Below are positions 9,401 to 18,900 of a stretch of DNA of 64,000 nt, one piece after another. Made by a program: the position numbers and the translations under genes. The first letter of the stretch is position 1, and every line of letters starts with the position of its first letter. The notes below the pieces were generated by a model. The model did no database searches. It was given only the letters and a program-made list of their open reading frames with translations, and had not been told where the DNA came from. Source of the stretch: a virus; the IMG/VR virus record IMGVR_UViG_3300018426_001942, positions 1 to 64,000 of that record; one strand, 5' to 3'.

Positions 9401-12374
9401 TAGATTCTTTACAGTTGACCAAGGTACTGGTACAGTTACATTTGCTGCAAGTATTGCACTTTCAGATGTTGACGGTATTGGATTTAAACGTGGTGTTGTT
9501 GTTACTGAATTCTCAACAGACAATGCAATGAGTGACAATGCTAACGATACTGTTCCGGTTGAAAGTGCTGTTAGAGGATATGTAAACAGACGCTTAGGTT
9601 ACGATCAACAAGGTAATGCTGTAACAAATCCATTAGGACCAAGTGTTCTACAGCAAAATGGTAGTGTTCCTTTAACAGGTAACTTACAAGCAAACTCAAA
9701 TACTATTACAGGTATTGCTCCTGTTGATCTTACACTTACAGCAGGCACAACCGCTGTAAACAAAGACTATGTAGATAGCAGAGCTGAAGGTGTTAAGAAG
9801 TTTAAAGACTTGCGTGACACATCAATTGGTGGCGGACAAGCAGGTGATATTTTAGGTTTAACTGGACACTACAGTATTTGGCTTGATGCTAATAGCATTA
9901 ACAATAAATCAGAGTTTGTAGCAGGCAGAGTTTTAACAAACAGTGGCGGTACAACAAACTATGGTACAATAAGCGGTTATGATGACGAAGTTTATGATAA
10001 CGGTTTAGGTGATGTATATATTGTTTACTTTGATGCTGGACCAGATATTGCTACACTATCAGAATTTAATTTAGGATTTAATGGTACTACAATAGCAGGT
10101 TTAAAGAGTGGTGCACCAGCAATTTACTCTAAACCAGACGGCGGCGTTGTTGGCGGAAATGCAAAATATATAAACGGCCCATTCCAAGATATAATTAACA
10201 TATCTGAAGAGCCTTTTGTAAATGCTACGCCAGTAAGTGACATCAGTTTAAGCACACGTCGATTAGATAATGACGATGCTGTTCCTAGCACACCGTCAAA
10301 TCCTACAGCATACTATAATATGCAAATTAATCCAGGTGTGATTCTAAATGCTGACGTAAATGATAGTGCAGGCATAGTTCAATCTAAACTGGATATGCAA
10401 GAATCAGATACTTTTGTAACAACAGCAGACGATCAAATAACAATTCCAGCAACAGAAGTTGTGGTTGGATTTAATTACGAAATTATTCTTCAAGGCACTA
10501 CAGACTTTACAACATTAGGTGCTAGTGCAAGCACAGCAGGAACTACATTTACAGCAACCGTAAGTAATCCTAATATAACAGGTGGCGGTACTGTTAAAAG
10601 ATTACAAAGCAATATTGTTGTTAAAGATCTAGCAGACGATACAGATGCAAACAACCAAGCAACACTAGGATTGTCAAGTTTTGATGGTGCAAATTTTAAA
10701 GTTACAAGAGGACATGTACAACTTAAAGATAACGGGATACCTAAGACAAAGATAGAACAAATTGCTACACAAACTGTGCTAGGTAACTCAACAGCAAACA
10801 CAGCTAACGTTGCAGAAGTGACATTTGAGACAGTAGTTAATGACGGTAAAGGTATACAACATGGTGACTTTTCAACCACAGCGATAGACGCTGAGGCTGG
10901 TCAAGAAGTTATGCTTAGAACAGATAGCACAGCAGACGCTGAGCTATATGCTGTAACCACAACAACTACTACAGGTGAAGCAAGTAAAATTGTTTCTACA
11001 GATACTGGCGGTAATATAGATGCACAAGGTTATAAATTAAACAACTACACAATCATAACACAATCAGGTTCAGGCAGTGATGGCGTACTTACTGTTAAAT
11101 CAATACAGACAGGGGTAGGTATAACTGTAGCAGGTGGTAGTGCAACAGACCCAGCATACACAACTGTATATGGTGATTTGAATGTTGGTAACCTAACAGA
11201 TCCAGATGGTGCTGATGCTGATTCAGATCCAGATGTATTTGATAGAAGCGCACTTCATGTATCAGCTGATACAGCATTTGATACAGCGAACAGTATAACA
11301 GGTACTGAATCAAGATTTGTTGCTTCTAAATGGATGTACACAAACTTTATCGAATCAGTAGACGAAAAAGGCGCAACATCAGCAGGTATTGCTCTAGGTT
11401 CATACAGCGGGAAAGTTGATGTAGGTAATGTTGGTATTATTGCAACTAACGGAACAGTACAGAAAACTGTTGCTTCGTTTGGTATGCTAGATAGCGACAG
11501 TGACGGAACAGTAGATACTCTTGCTATTTGGCCTGAAGATGACAACACTGTTGATATCGGTAACGCTAACTATCGTTACAAAACAATTTATGTTAAAGCT
11601 GTAAATGTAGATGGAGATATTACTTCTAGTGGTGGTACATTTGGTAATATCCAAGTAGGTGTAACCGCTGATGGTGAAATTGATACTTCGGATGGTGATC
11701 TTACACTAGACAGTACTGGCGGTACAGTTATAGTTGACGATAATCTTACAGTTGAAGGTACATCAACTCTTAAAGGTGATGTAGACATAGGCAATGCTAT
11801 AGCCAGTGACACGTTGACTGTGTCGGCAAAAGTTGACTCTAATTTTATACCAAGCGGTACATCACGTAACTTAGGAGATTCTACAGATTATTGGGCAAAT
11901 GTGTTTACAAGAAGTTTAACCACAGGTGCAAATACAACAACAGGTACTATAACTGGTGACTGGTCACTGACTTCAGGATCTAAATTACAGTCAACATATG
12001 CTGACTTGGCTGAGATGTATTCAGCAGATGCAGAGTATGAAGTAGGAACTGTGGTTGTGTTTGGTGGCGAAGCAGAAATTACACTTACTAATACTAAAGG
12101 CGACACAAGAGTTGCTGGCGTAGTAAGTGAAAATCCAGCGTTCGTAATGAACCAAGAATGTCCAGGCATTGCAACCTGCATTGCATTACAAGGAAGAGTA
12201 CCATGTAAAGTTATAGGCACTGTTAAAAAAGGTGACATGCTTGTAACTAGTGCAATTCCTGGTTACGCTATTGTTAATAACACACCAGGAGTTGGTAGTG
12301 TAATTGGTAAGGCTGTAACAACTAAAGATACTGATGACAAAGGTATTGTTGAAGTAGTAGTAGGACGAGTATAA
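3423..12374 (+). CDS. Giant virion structural/fibre protein (2983 aa)
   Basis: N-terminal GNDGTGDSIRESFRKVNENF like T4 gp10/gp9; beta-helix cap motifs (IFVS..GND..., TGQYFEDYPIRVPANVSLVGDE); C-terminal YADLAEMY...GRVPCKV...GD.LVTS chaperone-like domain. Confidence 0.8.
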   Translation: MARQEVDIGIEGNDGTGDSIRESFRKVNENFQEIYAVVGKGGQITFTLLADTPDSLNPFKGDGVDAYLPIVSQDGTEIEIRKLGSDSDENPANVDTIDVSVATNGKIILKLNSITLQSDAKPVLGGPLNAAGVAIANVGTELDDVTGFNNTHGTSFSIDDIVIDKKFADKNYIRRQDPGETINVPAEPADGSSYTKVFTVSLSSAVGVGTALIPQHGLTRGSDGAAYIFNTSGTGLNWSRIDPATDTLVSSTDLDDNNQLIYGPLENGDVVYLGILDENNIGFFANPEDALLNDSVERNRRRYKLTTTDSAGLSITDGGFNEDLEGFFLSHQVMPRDSIVRRQGDTMEGPLTLHDHPGDLAGAGTPNGIADLQAVSKLYVDSQSTESSANIFVSVVGNDAQNVAPPGKEGSSLAYAYRTIGAAARKAEQIQIASPFEPGPYMQDIFTSRVINEGDPAVVELSQVTQRGYATGAGLDSRGNTKSLVDANKNFIIAEVIAWKNEQIENKATTTVGTTTVNWTDRVVNDRALELDLSIALDAALLDHVAGTLASALSTRVGVEFYNDEYGRSQNGLLKTVYAHLLEQARTITASIITNTPVTPSQTIYTQELITFGSNQPDSDDAASVTGISGNMAIQRDIVLNGVFSAETPQTGNRYELFFSNSVNGISQGKVDQGDPQNRDLRVGKVIRGKTSGAIGKIIRYFTGDDNINNPGSTDDLAELELLTPVEFTIGEKLEMGNIVNNRQITIRIETGQYFEDYPIRVPANVSLVGDEFRRVIIRPKDEVSQSPWSGTYFYRDKEFDGLTGDSDSVTGVADPNLPVDGEAYINPLTGETDGYFGRHYLYNPNLPKNVDNGGNLAITNPGQYVDAAVLIEKNKEFVIAEVIAFLDFSKDQSNQGQPGYTGYAGVVWDDQARDRYRRTIGSLCDAIAADLRAGGSINTLHIQGSIFFDGLNYTNEATPRYQSIISAADVIQNVIINNAYNNILYAAFKGSDHPTQYINTNLTGGADVAGNGNLVYDIVELIKWGNDESPNNDWNPAKRSTALDAFLMNDATILRNMTVQGHGGFMCVLDPEGQILTKSPYIQTGSSFSQSLNRQAFRGGMLVDAFCANTPVKVTSVEANGFELLVTADPGSGLSIRKPQTPCPFYINGIRYQVNDVTDYNDGGALLAPTARLILDSTSGPVSDANPDINIGWDEVELPIPGGGYAITLQTAGNRSQLGNDFTQVNDLGYGLVTINGGLSEMVSMFTYYCHTAYYAGNGGQIRSLNGSNANGVYGLVSQGSDPNEVPDNVVLKNDMVQSAKTFSAVTVLELTANLSVTAGDAIANAGSTPSASGESVFATVGKKLYLDTTSGSFTPGDSIFVNGVDSGVDIALNGVDTTGYTNVATQLSMHVYDLEHIPTNKGEIDYYHDDDPVSPLNRIGRYELANIQTMNGILVDGYTLDNTEYVFNPVARTTNVNGVVGNDESDPVTETTEAVIVISKSQQTVNGQSGIYKVNIFGTERGDHYKIGDTFTISGTQLGGVSPTHDATVTVTEINRSTVNIDNGIQTGSIRRMSISGAINIIPNFTPQRDGQVYKLNFSTSNDQFDNDGLFQDIPVNQPVDIRQNQTHLFRDIESVGSLTIRPSTAVNFDDDPLDTYRSISFGVNDSAGGLLLDDESLTGFDATYDFVQLLINDSYKNLAGSTLSVPSSSTTLGGTQGDTTIAIERLSELKDIFKLNNNFDTDAQFQTIPADDTGRDYTITYELPKVISWRGKKHIVYNYREVKVESGNHNIKTTFSEENTYAVVDLKEIEEVKLTLNDYGSWERDVFYNLAQRSVLVRQVGNTSASGKVKVAQFNENVLDLYDWSGVNFNTTGALEISIDNGATYTTMTDLATNSVNLVPTLVEIRDTNVTGVASGISQPLSQGFNSVIALRAGLQDGAPAKITIQISTCRATGHDFLDIGTGSFNQTNYPNVILGFPAREAVQDNEIQERNKGRVFFVSTDQDGFFRVGRFFTVDQGTGTVTFAASIALSDVDGIGFKRGVVVTEFSTDNAMSDNANDTVPVESAVRGYVNRRLGYDQQGNAVTNPLGPSVLQQNGSVPLTGNLQANSNTITGIAPVDLTLTAGTTAVNKDYVDSRAEGVKKFKDLRDTSIGGGQAGDILGLTGHYSIWLDANSINNKSEFVAGRVLTNSGGTTNYGTISGYDDEVYDNGLGDVYIVYFDAGPDIATLSEFNLGFNGTTIAGLKSGAPAIYSKPDGGVVGGNAKYINGPFQDIINISEEPFVNATPVSDISLSTRRLDNDDAVPSTPSNPTAYYNMQINPGVILNADVNDSAGIVQSKLDMQESDTFVTTADDQITIPATEVVVGFNYEIILQGTTDFTTLGASASTAGTTFTATVSNPNITGGGTVKRLQSNIVVKDLADDTDANNQATLGLSSFDGANFKVTRGHVQLKDNGIPKTKIEQIATQTVLGNSTANTANVAEVTFETVVNDGKGIQHGDFSTTAIDAEAGQEVMLRTDSTADAELYAVTTTTTTGEASKIVSTDTGGNIDAQGYKLNNYTIITQSGSGSDGVLTVKSIQTGVGITVAGGSATDPAYTTVYGDLNVGNLTDPDGADADSDPDVFDRSALHVSADTAFDTANSITGTESRFVASKWMYTNFIESVDEKGATSAGIALGSYSGKVDVGNVGIIATNGTVQKTVASFGMLDSDSDGTVDTLAIWPEDDNTVDIGNANYRYKTIYVKAVNVDGDITSSGGTFGNIQVGVTADGEIDTSDGDLTLDSTGGTVIVDDNLTVEGTSTLKGDVDIGNAIASDTLTVSAKVDSNFIPSGTSRNLGDSTDYWANVFTRSLTTGANTTTGTITGDWSLTSGSKLQSTYADLAEMYSADAEYEVGTVVVFGGEAEITLTNTKGDTRVAGVVSENPAFVMNQECPGIATCIALQGRVPCKVIGTVKKGDMLVTSAIPGYAIVNNTPGVGSVIGKAVTTKDTDDKGIVEVVVGRV

Positions 12375-12526
12375 TGGAAAAGAAACGCCCACAAGGAAAA
12401 AGTTTTACTAATGAAAATGGAAGACGATTAACAGTGATCGCCAATCGTGGTCCTAGATTACAAGTAAAGGTCATTGGAGATCCTAAAGGAAAAGCCGATG
12501 AAGCACTTAAAAAAATTAGGCGATAA
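12374..12526 (+). CDS. Small basic hypothetical protein (50 aa), not in ORF track
   Basis: TAATG coupling; fills the gap between large genes. Confidence 0.5.
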   Translation: MEKKRPQGKSFTNENGRRLTVIANRGPRLQVKVIGDPKGKADEALKKIRR

Positions 12527-12548
12527 ATATAGTAAATAGGATAAGCAA

Positions 12549-15500
12549 ATGGCCAATAGATTTCCACTAGTAATAGACACAACATCAGGTAACCAGTTTA
12601 GAGAATTACCAGACGGAGATAATCTATTACTTACAAATAGTAGCATTGTAAATGCTTTAGATATTACAGCATTAGGAACAGTTACAGCAAGCCAATTAGT
12701 TGTTGATGGTACAGTATTTAGAAACGACTATAACGACCTGCAGAATCTTCCAACAATACCAACTAGTATACTACAACTAGGAATTGGGGACGGAACATCA
12801 GGACAGTTTTTAACTACAAATGGCACAGGAACTATTAGTTTCCAAAACATTCCTACACAAGATCCTACCATGGGTGGGGATTTACAAGGCTCTGCAAGTA
12901 ATGCACAAATTAAAGCAAATACAATTGGCATAGACGAATTAGATGTTGATGACGGAACTATTGGCCAAGTTCTTGCTACAGACGGTTCAGGCAATTTACA
13001 ATTTATTGACATGTCCGGCGGCGGTGGCGGCGGTGGCGCTACTAGCTTTTTAGGGCTATCAGGACAAATTGGATTATCGCAAATTGATGATGATTTTATT
13101 ACTCCTGAAAAATTAAAAGATAACGGCCAAACACCTACACCAGGACAATACTTAACAGTAGCAGCTGGTGGTGACTTTGAATACTTAGATATTCCTACAA
13201 CTAATCCACAATGGGACGATGTACAAAATAAACCTACTATTCCTGCTACACTTACTGATTTAGGTATTTCAGAAGGTAACGATGGCGATGTTTTAAAAAC
13301 AGACGGCGCTGGAACTTATACATTTACAGCATTTAATTCTATTGAAAATATAGAGTTTAGTGGAACAACAATAAGAACTGTTCCAGATAACAGCAACATT
13401 GCTATAGATCCAAAAGGCAACGGGTATGTAAATATTATTGGTACAAACGGTGTTGTAATTCCTAAGGGTACTTCTGCACAAAGGGCGCCTGATGTTGCAG
13501 GTGCTATGCGTTTGAATACAGAACTAGGAATATTTGAAGGGTATGATGGTAGTAATTGGAATGGTTTAGGCGGCGTAAGATCAGTAGATGGACTAACATA
13601 TGTTAGTGCTGAACTAACTCCAAATGCAAGCGATGATACTTTAAGATTTATTACTAATAGTCAAACTAGTGCAACATTAACAGAAAGTTTACTAGATTTA
13701 AATTCAGCTGTTAGTGTAAAGATTAGAAGCACACAGTCCGCATTAGATTTTGATAGTGGTGCTCTTAGTGTTGACGGCGGTGTTAGTATTAAAGGTAACC
13801 TTATTGTTAGTGGTGCTATTACTGTAAACGAAGAATTCAATACAAGTGTAAAAGTAAATGCTACAGCATTGTCAGGCGGAACACAAACTTCAATTGTAAC
13901 TGTAAATCCAGCAGATATAGATTACTTTAATACAGGTCAAAAAATAAGAATTTTTGGTGCAAGTGCGGATAACATAGATCAAGATACTTCTAATCTTGGA
14001 ATACAGGTTAATAGAGTAGGCTTTGCTACTCCAGATGGTAGTGGTAACGAAGTTACATTTAGTTATAGAGTTGCACAAATGGATACACAATCAGGTAAGA
14101 TAAGTGCTGTATCTAGTGCTGTAGATATTACTATTGAACCGGACGAAATAAACGATTTTAACAACAACAAAAACTTACAACTAGTAGTAAGTCGTGTAAG
14201 TTCGGCACACAATATTTTAATTTATAGAAAAATTGGTTCCGAAGTTAACTATACACTTCTAAAAGTATTAGGTCCAAAAGAACTAGGAGTTGCTCTTAGC
14301 AATGTAGTATGGACAGATTATTATGACTTTGATGTTGCACCCTGGAGTAAAAGAACTACACAAGGATTGTTTACAACTGATAGTGGACTTGTGCATGTTC
14401 CACTTGTAGCATCAGCAACACCAAAACTTGGTTGGATTGATACAGAAATTACACAAATTGATCCTAATACAAATAACTTAACAGTAGCAAATAGTTTTTA
14501 TGCAAGCCAAACTAGTATAGAAGTAGTTGTTGACGATACAGAAGCTGTACAACTTGCAATAGACTCTGCTAAAGCTCAAAATAGAAATAGTTATGAGCTT
14601 GAAAATAGAACATACTTTATAAAGCGTTTAGAAATTCCAGATGGATTTACACTAAAAGGAAGTGGCGACCAAACTAGAATTATCAAGCAATATTGGTCAA
14701 CTGAAACATCAACAGGTGACAATACAATAATAAGACCTAAGTCAGGGTATACAAGTTATAGTAATATAACAATAAGAGATTTAAGAATAGATGGTAATGC
14801 ACAAAACCAATATTTGTCAACTGACACAACTTCAGAGTTTTTAAACTTTGCGTTTTATCTATATGGTAATGACTTACTTTACGAAAACATTGAGTTAGAT
14901 AACGTAATAGGTGGCGGCATATATGCTTACCATCCAACAATTACAAATAACTTAACAATACTTAACAGTGAAATTACAAGCGGTGGACTGACATATAGTT
15001 ATGATTATCAACCTTTATATGCAGATGAATGTAGAACTATTAAAATAGCTCATAACACATTTAGAGATTTCCCAGGACCAATAAGTGTAAGTGCTGTACA
15101 AAAAGGTATAGTTTCTCCGAACATTGTTGATAATTGCGGAGAAGGAATATTTGCATATGGTGCAACCAAGATAGTACTTTCACCAAACGTATTATTAGGT
15201 CCAGCAGGCGAATTTATTGCTAATCCAGATGTACTTAATTCAGAGTATGATAGTGTCAACATAACTTTAGAACCAAATATAGACTTTAACAGTCCTGCAT
15301 ACGTCTATCAAGAAAACGGCGCATTTTTTGACTTTACAGCAAATCAAGGTAGCCTTACAGGACTTATAAATGAACTAACCAAAGTGAATAACGTAGAAGA
15401 GCTTGTTATTCCAGGTGGATCTAATCCGGATTACAGCCAAACACTAGGAGGAGAAGATTACATATCATTCACTACCCCAGGCGATGCTAACGGCAATTTC

Positions 15501-15905
15501 CAATTTAGAATAGTAACAGGAAAGGTAAATGACTTACTAAGTAGAGCAGGTTATTCAACTTTACTTGCAAGTAATCCTAACTCACAGGGACTAGTATATA
15601 GAATAGTTGCAACAGAATATGTACCAACTAAAACTATTGTAGGGTTGGGTAGCACAGATGGTAATAACGACTATGTTCTTCCACTAGATAGTGTAGACGG
15701 TCTAAATGTAAGCGATGTGGTCCGCTTAGTGAACCACAGTACAACTCCTGCATCAGGAGGATTGAACGGAACCATAAATTCAATAAATACGATAAGCAAT
15801 ACTATAACAATTGATTTTGGTGTAACCACAATTCAAACGCCGGCGAGTTCCGGACAAGTTGCACTACAAAATAATTTCGTAGTAGCCAAAGGGAAAATTA
15901 ACTAA
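12549..15905 (+). CDS. Fibre-like virion protein with C-terminal right-handed beta-helix
   Basis: Repeats DGxxGQxLxTxGxGxxxF; IPKGTSAQR...FEGYDG module; DDTEAVQLAID...LKGSG...IRDLRIDGN pectin-lyase-like region. Confidence 0.75.
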   Translation: MANRFPLVIDTTSGNQFRELPDGDNLLLTNSSIVNALDITALGTVTASQLVVDGTVFRNDYNDLQNLPTIPTSILQLGIGDGTSGQFLTTNGTGTISFQNIPTQDPTMGGDLQGSASNAQIKANTIGIDELDVDDGTIGQVLATDGSGNLQFIDMSGGGGGGGATSFLGLSGQIGLSQIDDDFITPEKLKDNGQTPTPGQYLTVAAGGDFEYLDIPTTNPQWDDVQNKPTIPATLTDLGISEGNDGDVLKTDGAGTYTFTAFNSIENIEFSGTTIRTVPDNSNIAIDPKGNGYVNIIGTNGVVIPKGTSAQRAPDVAGAMRLNTELGIFEGYDGSNWNGLGGVRSVDGLTYVSAELTPNASDDTLRFITNSQTSATLTESLLDLNSAVSVKIRSTQSALDFDSGALSVDGGVSIKGNLIVSGAITVNEEFNTSVKVNATALSGGTQTSIVTVNPADIDYFNTGQKIRIFGASADNIDQDTSNLGIQVNRVGFATPDGSGNEVTFSYRVAQMDTQSGKISAVSSAVDITIEPDEINDFNNNKNLQLVVSRVSSAHNILIYRKIGSEVNYTLLKVLGPKELGVALSNVVWTDYYDFDVAPWSKRTTQGLFTTDSGLVHVPLVASATPKLGWIDTEITQIDPNTNNLTVANSFYASQTSIEVVVDDTEAVQLAIDSAKAQNRNSYELENRTYFIKRLEIPDGFTLKGSGDQTRIIKQYWSTETSTGDNTIIRPKSGYTSYSNITIRDLRIDGNAQNQYLSTDTTSEFLNFAFYLYGNDLLYENIELDNVIGGGIYAYHPTITNNLTILNSEITSGGLTYSYDYQPLYADECRTIKIAHNTFRDFPGPISVSAVQKGIVSPNIVDNCGEGIFAYGATKIVLSPNVLLGPAGEFIANPDVLNSEYDSVNITLEPNIDFNSPAYVYQENGAFFDFTANQGSLTGLINELTKVNNVEELVIPGGSNPDYSQTLGGEDYISFTTPGDANGNFQFRIVTGKVNDLLSRAGYSTLLASNPNSQGLVYRIVATEYVPTKTIVGLGSTDGNNDYVLPLDSVDGLNVSDVVRLVNHSTTPASGGLNGTINSINTISNTITIDFGVTTIQTPASSGQVALQNNFVVAKGKIN

Positions 15906-18900
15906 TGTCAAGTCTAAATAACATAAACAATAATGCTTCGGTCGTAAACGTAGGTAGAACTACTCCAGTAACACCCGGCGCACAACCAGCAGCAAACAGT
16001 ATTCCGGTTGTGGTTGCTACAGATCAAACAGCAATTCCAGTCGTTGAACAGAACAAAATACAATCAGAGGTTGCACTTTCTCTACTTGGTATTCCAAGAT
16101 CAGAAGTTGCACTAGGTATATTTGCAGACGTTAACACTTACGATGTTAACCCAAGCGAATGGTCAAGTGAACCAGCAGAATATTCACAAGTTCCAAATAC
16201 AGCATCTCAATATAGTGGAATTGGCGGAGTACAAGACTGGGGTATTTTGCACTTACCAGAAGAATCAGGTGCAATGGTTACAGCACCGGCAGACGAGACA
16301 TCAGTACTAACAAGTAAAAGATTTTTTAGATATCAACCAGGACGTGTTTCTGCAGCTACATTTGGTATTAAGAGTTCATTTGCATCAGGCAATGTTGTAG
16401 GTGCAGGACAAAGACCACCAACACGTAACCCTGACGTTAAAAAATATGGTATCTTTGATAAGTTTGATGGCTACTATTGGGAAACAAGAGATACTGGTCA
16501 AGGCGACCAATTTGCTGTAGTAAGACGTACACAGTCTATTATTAGAAAAAATCCATTAGAATTTGGTAACAGTGCAGGACAGCAATTAGAAGATCATGCA
16601 CTAGGTGGTAAGGCTCCCGGACAACCAGCAAGCACATATAACCAATATCCTACAGCAACCAAATACTTGACAGCAAACAAATTTGATCTAATTGACGGAA
16701 GTGTACTAAGCAATAGTGCTGTTAAATGTCAAAGAGATTTAGGTTACTTCCTTGAAGCAATAGGAACAGACATTACACTTGGCACTAACTACGGTAGTAC
16801 ATTCCAAGGACTTGCAGAGTCAAACTCCAACGAGTATCCTTTACCAACAAGTGTTACTGATGCAATTAACAGTTCACAAACTGAAGTTAAATCATTAGCA
16901 GGTGTTGATAACACAGCAGACGCGGCTGTAGACACATGGTATAACAATTTACGTGCTATTGCTGTTGATCCTGCTACACGAGTAGACTATGCTAGTGCAA
17001 CACAGGCAGAGCAAATTGCTTTCCTAAAGGCTGTTACATTTACTAATCCAACTAGCGGCGGATCAGCAAGTAGAGAAGCTGTAAAAGATCAACTAGTTGC
17101 AAACAGAGACTTTATAGCGGCAGAAATAAATGCTTGGGTAGCAGATCAATATCCAAGTGCTAGTCACAATGTAAACAAATGTACACGAGATGTATTGTTT
17201 GTTCTAAACGCTGTTAGTTATGATATATTATATGGCGGAAACAGTGCTACATACGATGCTGGCAGGTTCTTCTTTTACGATGGGTTTAGTAAGAGCGACC
17301 AAACAGCAAACTATATTACACAAACTGTTGCAGCATATGGTAGACTTGCAGATATTATAGACGACATAGTTAAAGACGTTACTATTGTTAAAACAACAGG
17401 TAACAGTGAAACACAAGTTACAGGCAATGGTGTTGCAAACCAAACAGAAGCAGATCTAGCTGTTACATATACAAACGTAATTAAAGATGTAATTAGCGAA
17501 GGCGACATACTGTTAAGTCTTCCTGTTACAAGAACAGTTCCAGATACTTCTTGGGGTGCAGCTTCAATGACAGCGGCACAAGCGGCTATTACAGCTGCTA
17601 CACAAACAATAGTAGAAACTGTGGCTCCAGTAACATTTACAGGAGATGATTTAAAATGTAAGAGAGATTTAGAATTTGCGCTAGATGCTTACATTAACGA
17701 TTTAAGATGGGGCGGTGATGGACATATAATTGCAAACGCGGCAACCTATAATACAGCATTACTTACAGACGCAGAGCGTGAGGGAGAAACTCACTATTAT
17801 TTCAGAAATAAGCTAAGAGAAAAATTAGCAGAAATTGGCGAACTAGATGCAAGAACTAAAATTGGTAATCTTGCTAAATTCCAAATACAGGCTGTGACAG
17901 CAAATGGTTCAGGTGCATACCCTGCACAACAAGGACCAGATGGAACAACAGGATTTATTACAAATGCACAAATTGCTAGTGCTACATATGGCCAGCGTAG
18001 TAAAATAGAAACTATATTCAGTGTATATGCACTTTACTATGGTTATCTTGTAAGTGAGAGTTTAACATATGATACAGCAACACATTTGCCTGACGGAGCA
18101 GATCCTAATGATTTCTTAAATGTATTGAAGTTTAAGTGTATTAGAGATGTTAAGTATGTTGTTAACGGATATGCAAGCGACTTACAGTTCGGTGGCAACG
18201 CAGCTACAGCATACAATGCATTTAAATATTACAGTGACGGCGCATTAAAAGTTTATTCACAAACAAATGGTGGTGTAGTTGCTGAAATTAATAGACATAC
18301 ATTTTTGAAAGATCTATTAACAGCAACAGGCACAGTAGATGTAACACGTAGTGATTCTCAAAATGTTGCTATACCAAGTTTAGCAACACGTTTTGCTTTA
18401 ACAACAGAGCAAACAGACAAGCTGAATACACTCGCTAACATTATTATAAACAACTTTACTACACAATACGCCGGTTCAGTAGATTATGGTACAGCAGGAC
18501 AGTTTGGCGATCTTGTTATTTTAAGGGATGGATTAATTATGGTGCATGCTGCAGCTTACGATCCTACACTATTAAAGCCAAGACTAAAAACACCAGCACA
18601 AATTGATACAACAAATAATACCTTTACACTTGCAGAAGGAAGTGTTATAATAGGACAGTATGTAAACTATTATGGTGATTGCCCAGAACTAGTTGATGGT
18701 AAAACATATTGGGTAAGTGAAGTAAAAGGACCTAAAGGTAATGTAATTACATTAATGGATCCTGCGGTTGCAGACTTTGATCAATTTGACGTAACACCTA
18801 GTAACAACACTCCAATTACACTAACAGGAGCAGGAACTGAACACTATATCGAAACTCCAGTTCCATTTATATTCCCAGATGCATATAATCAATCATTTGG

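Noticed and set aside
13014-13040. GGC/GGT repeat
   Set aside because: Encodes a simple poly-Gly linker
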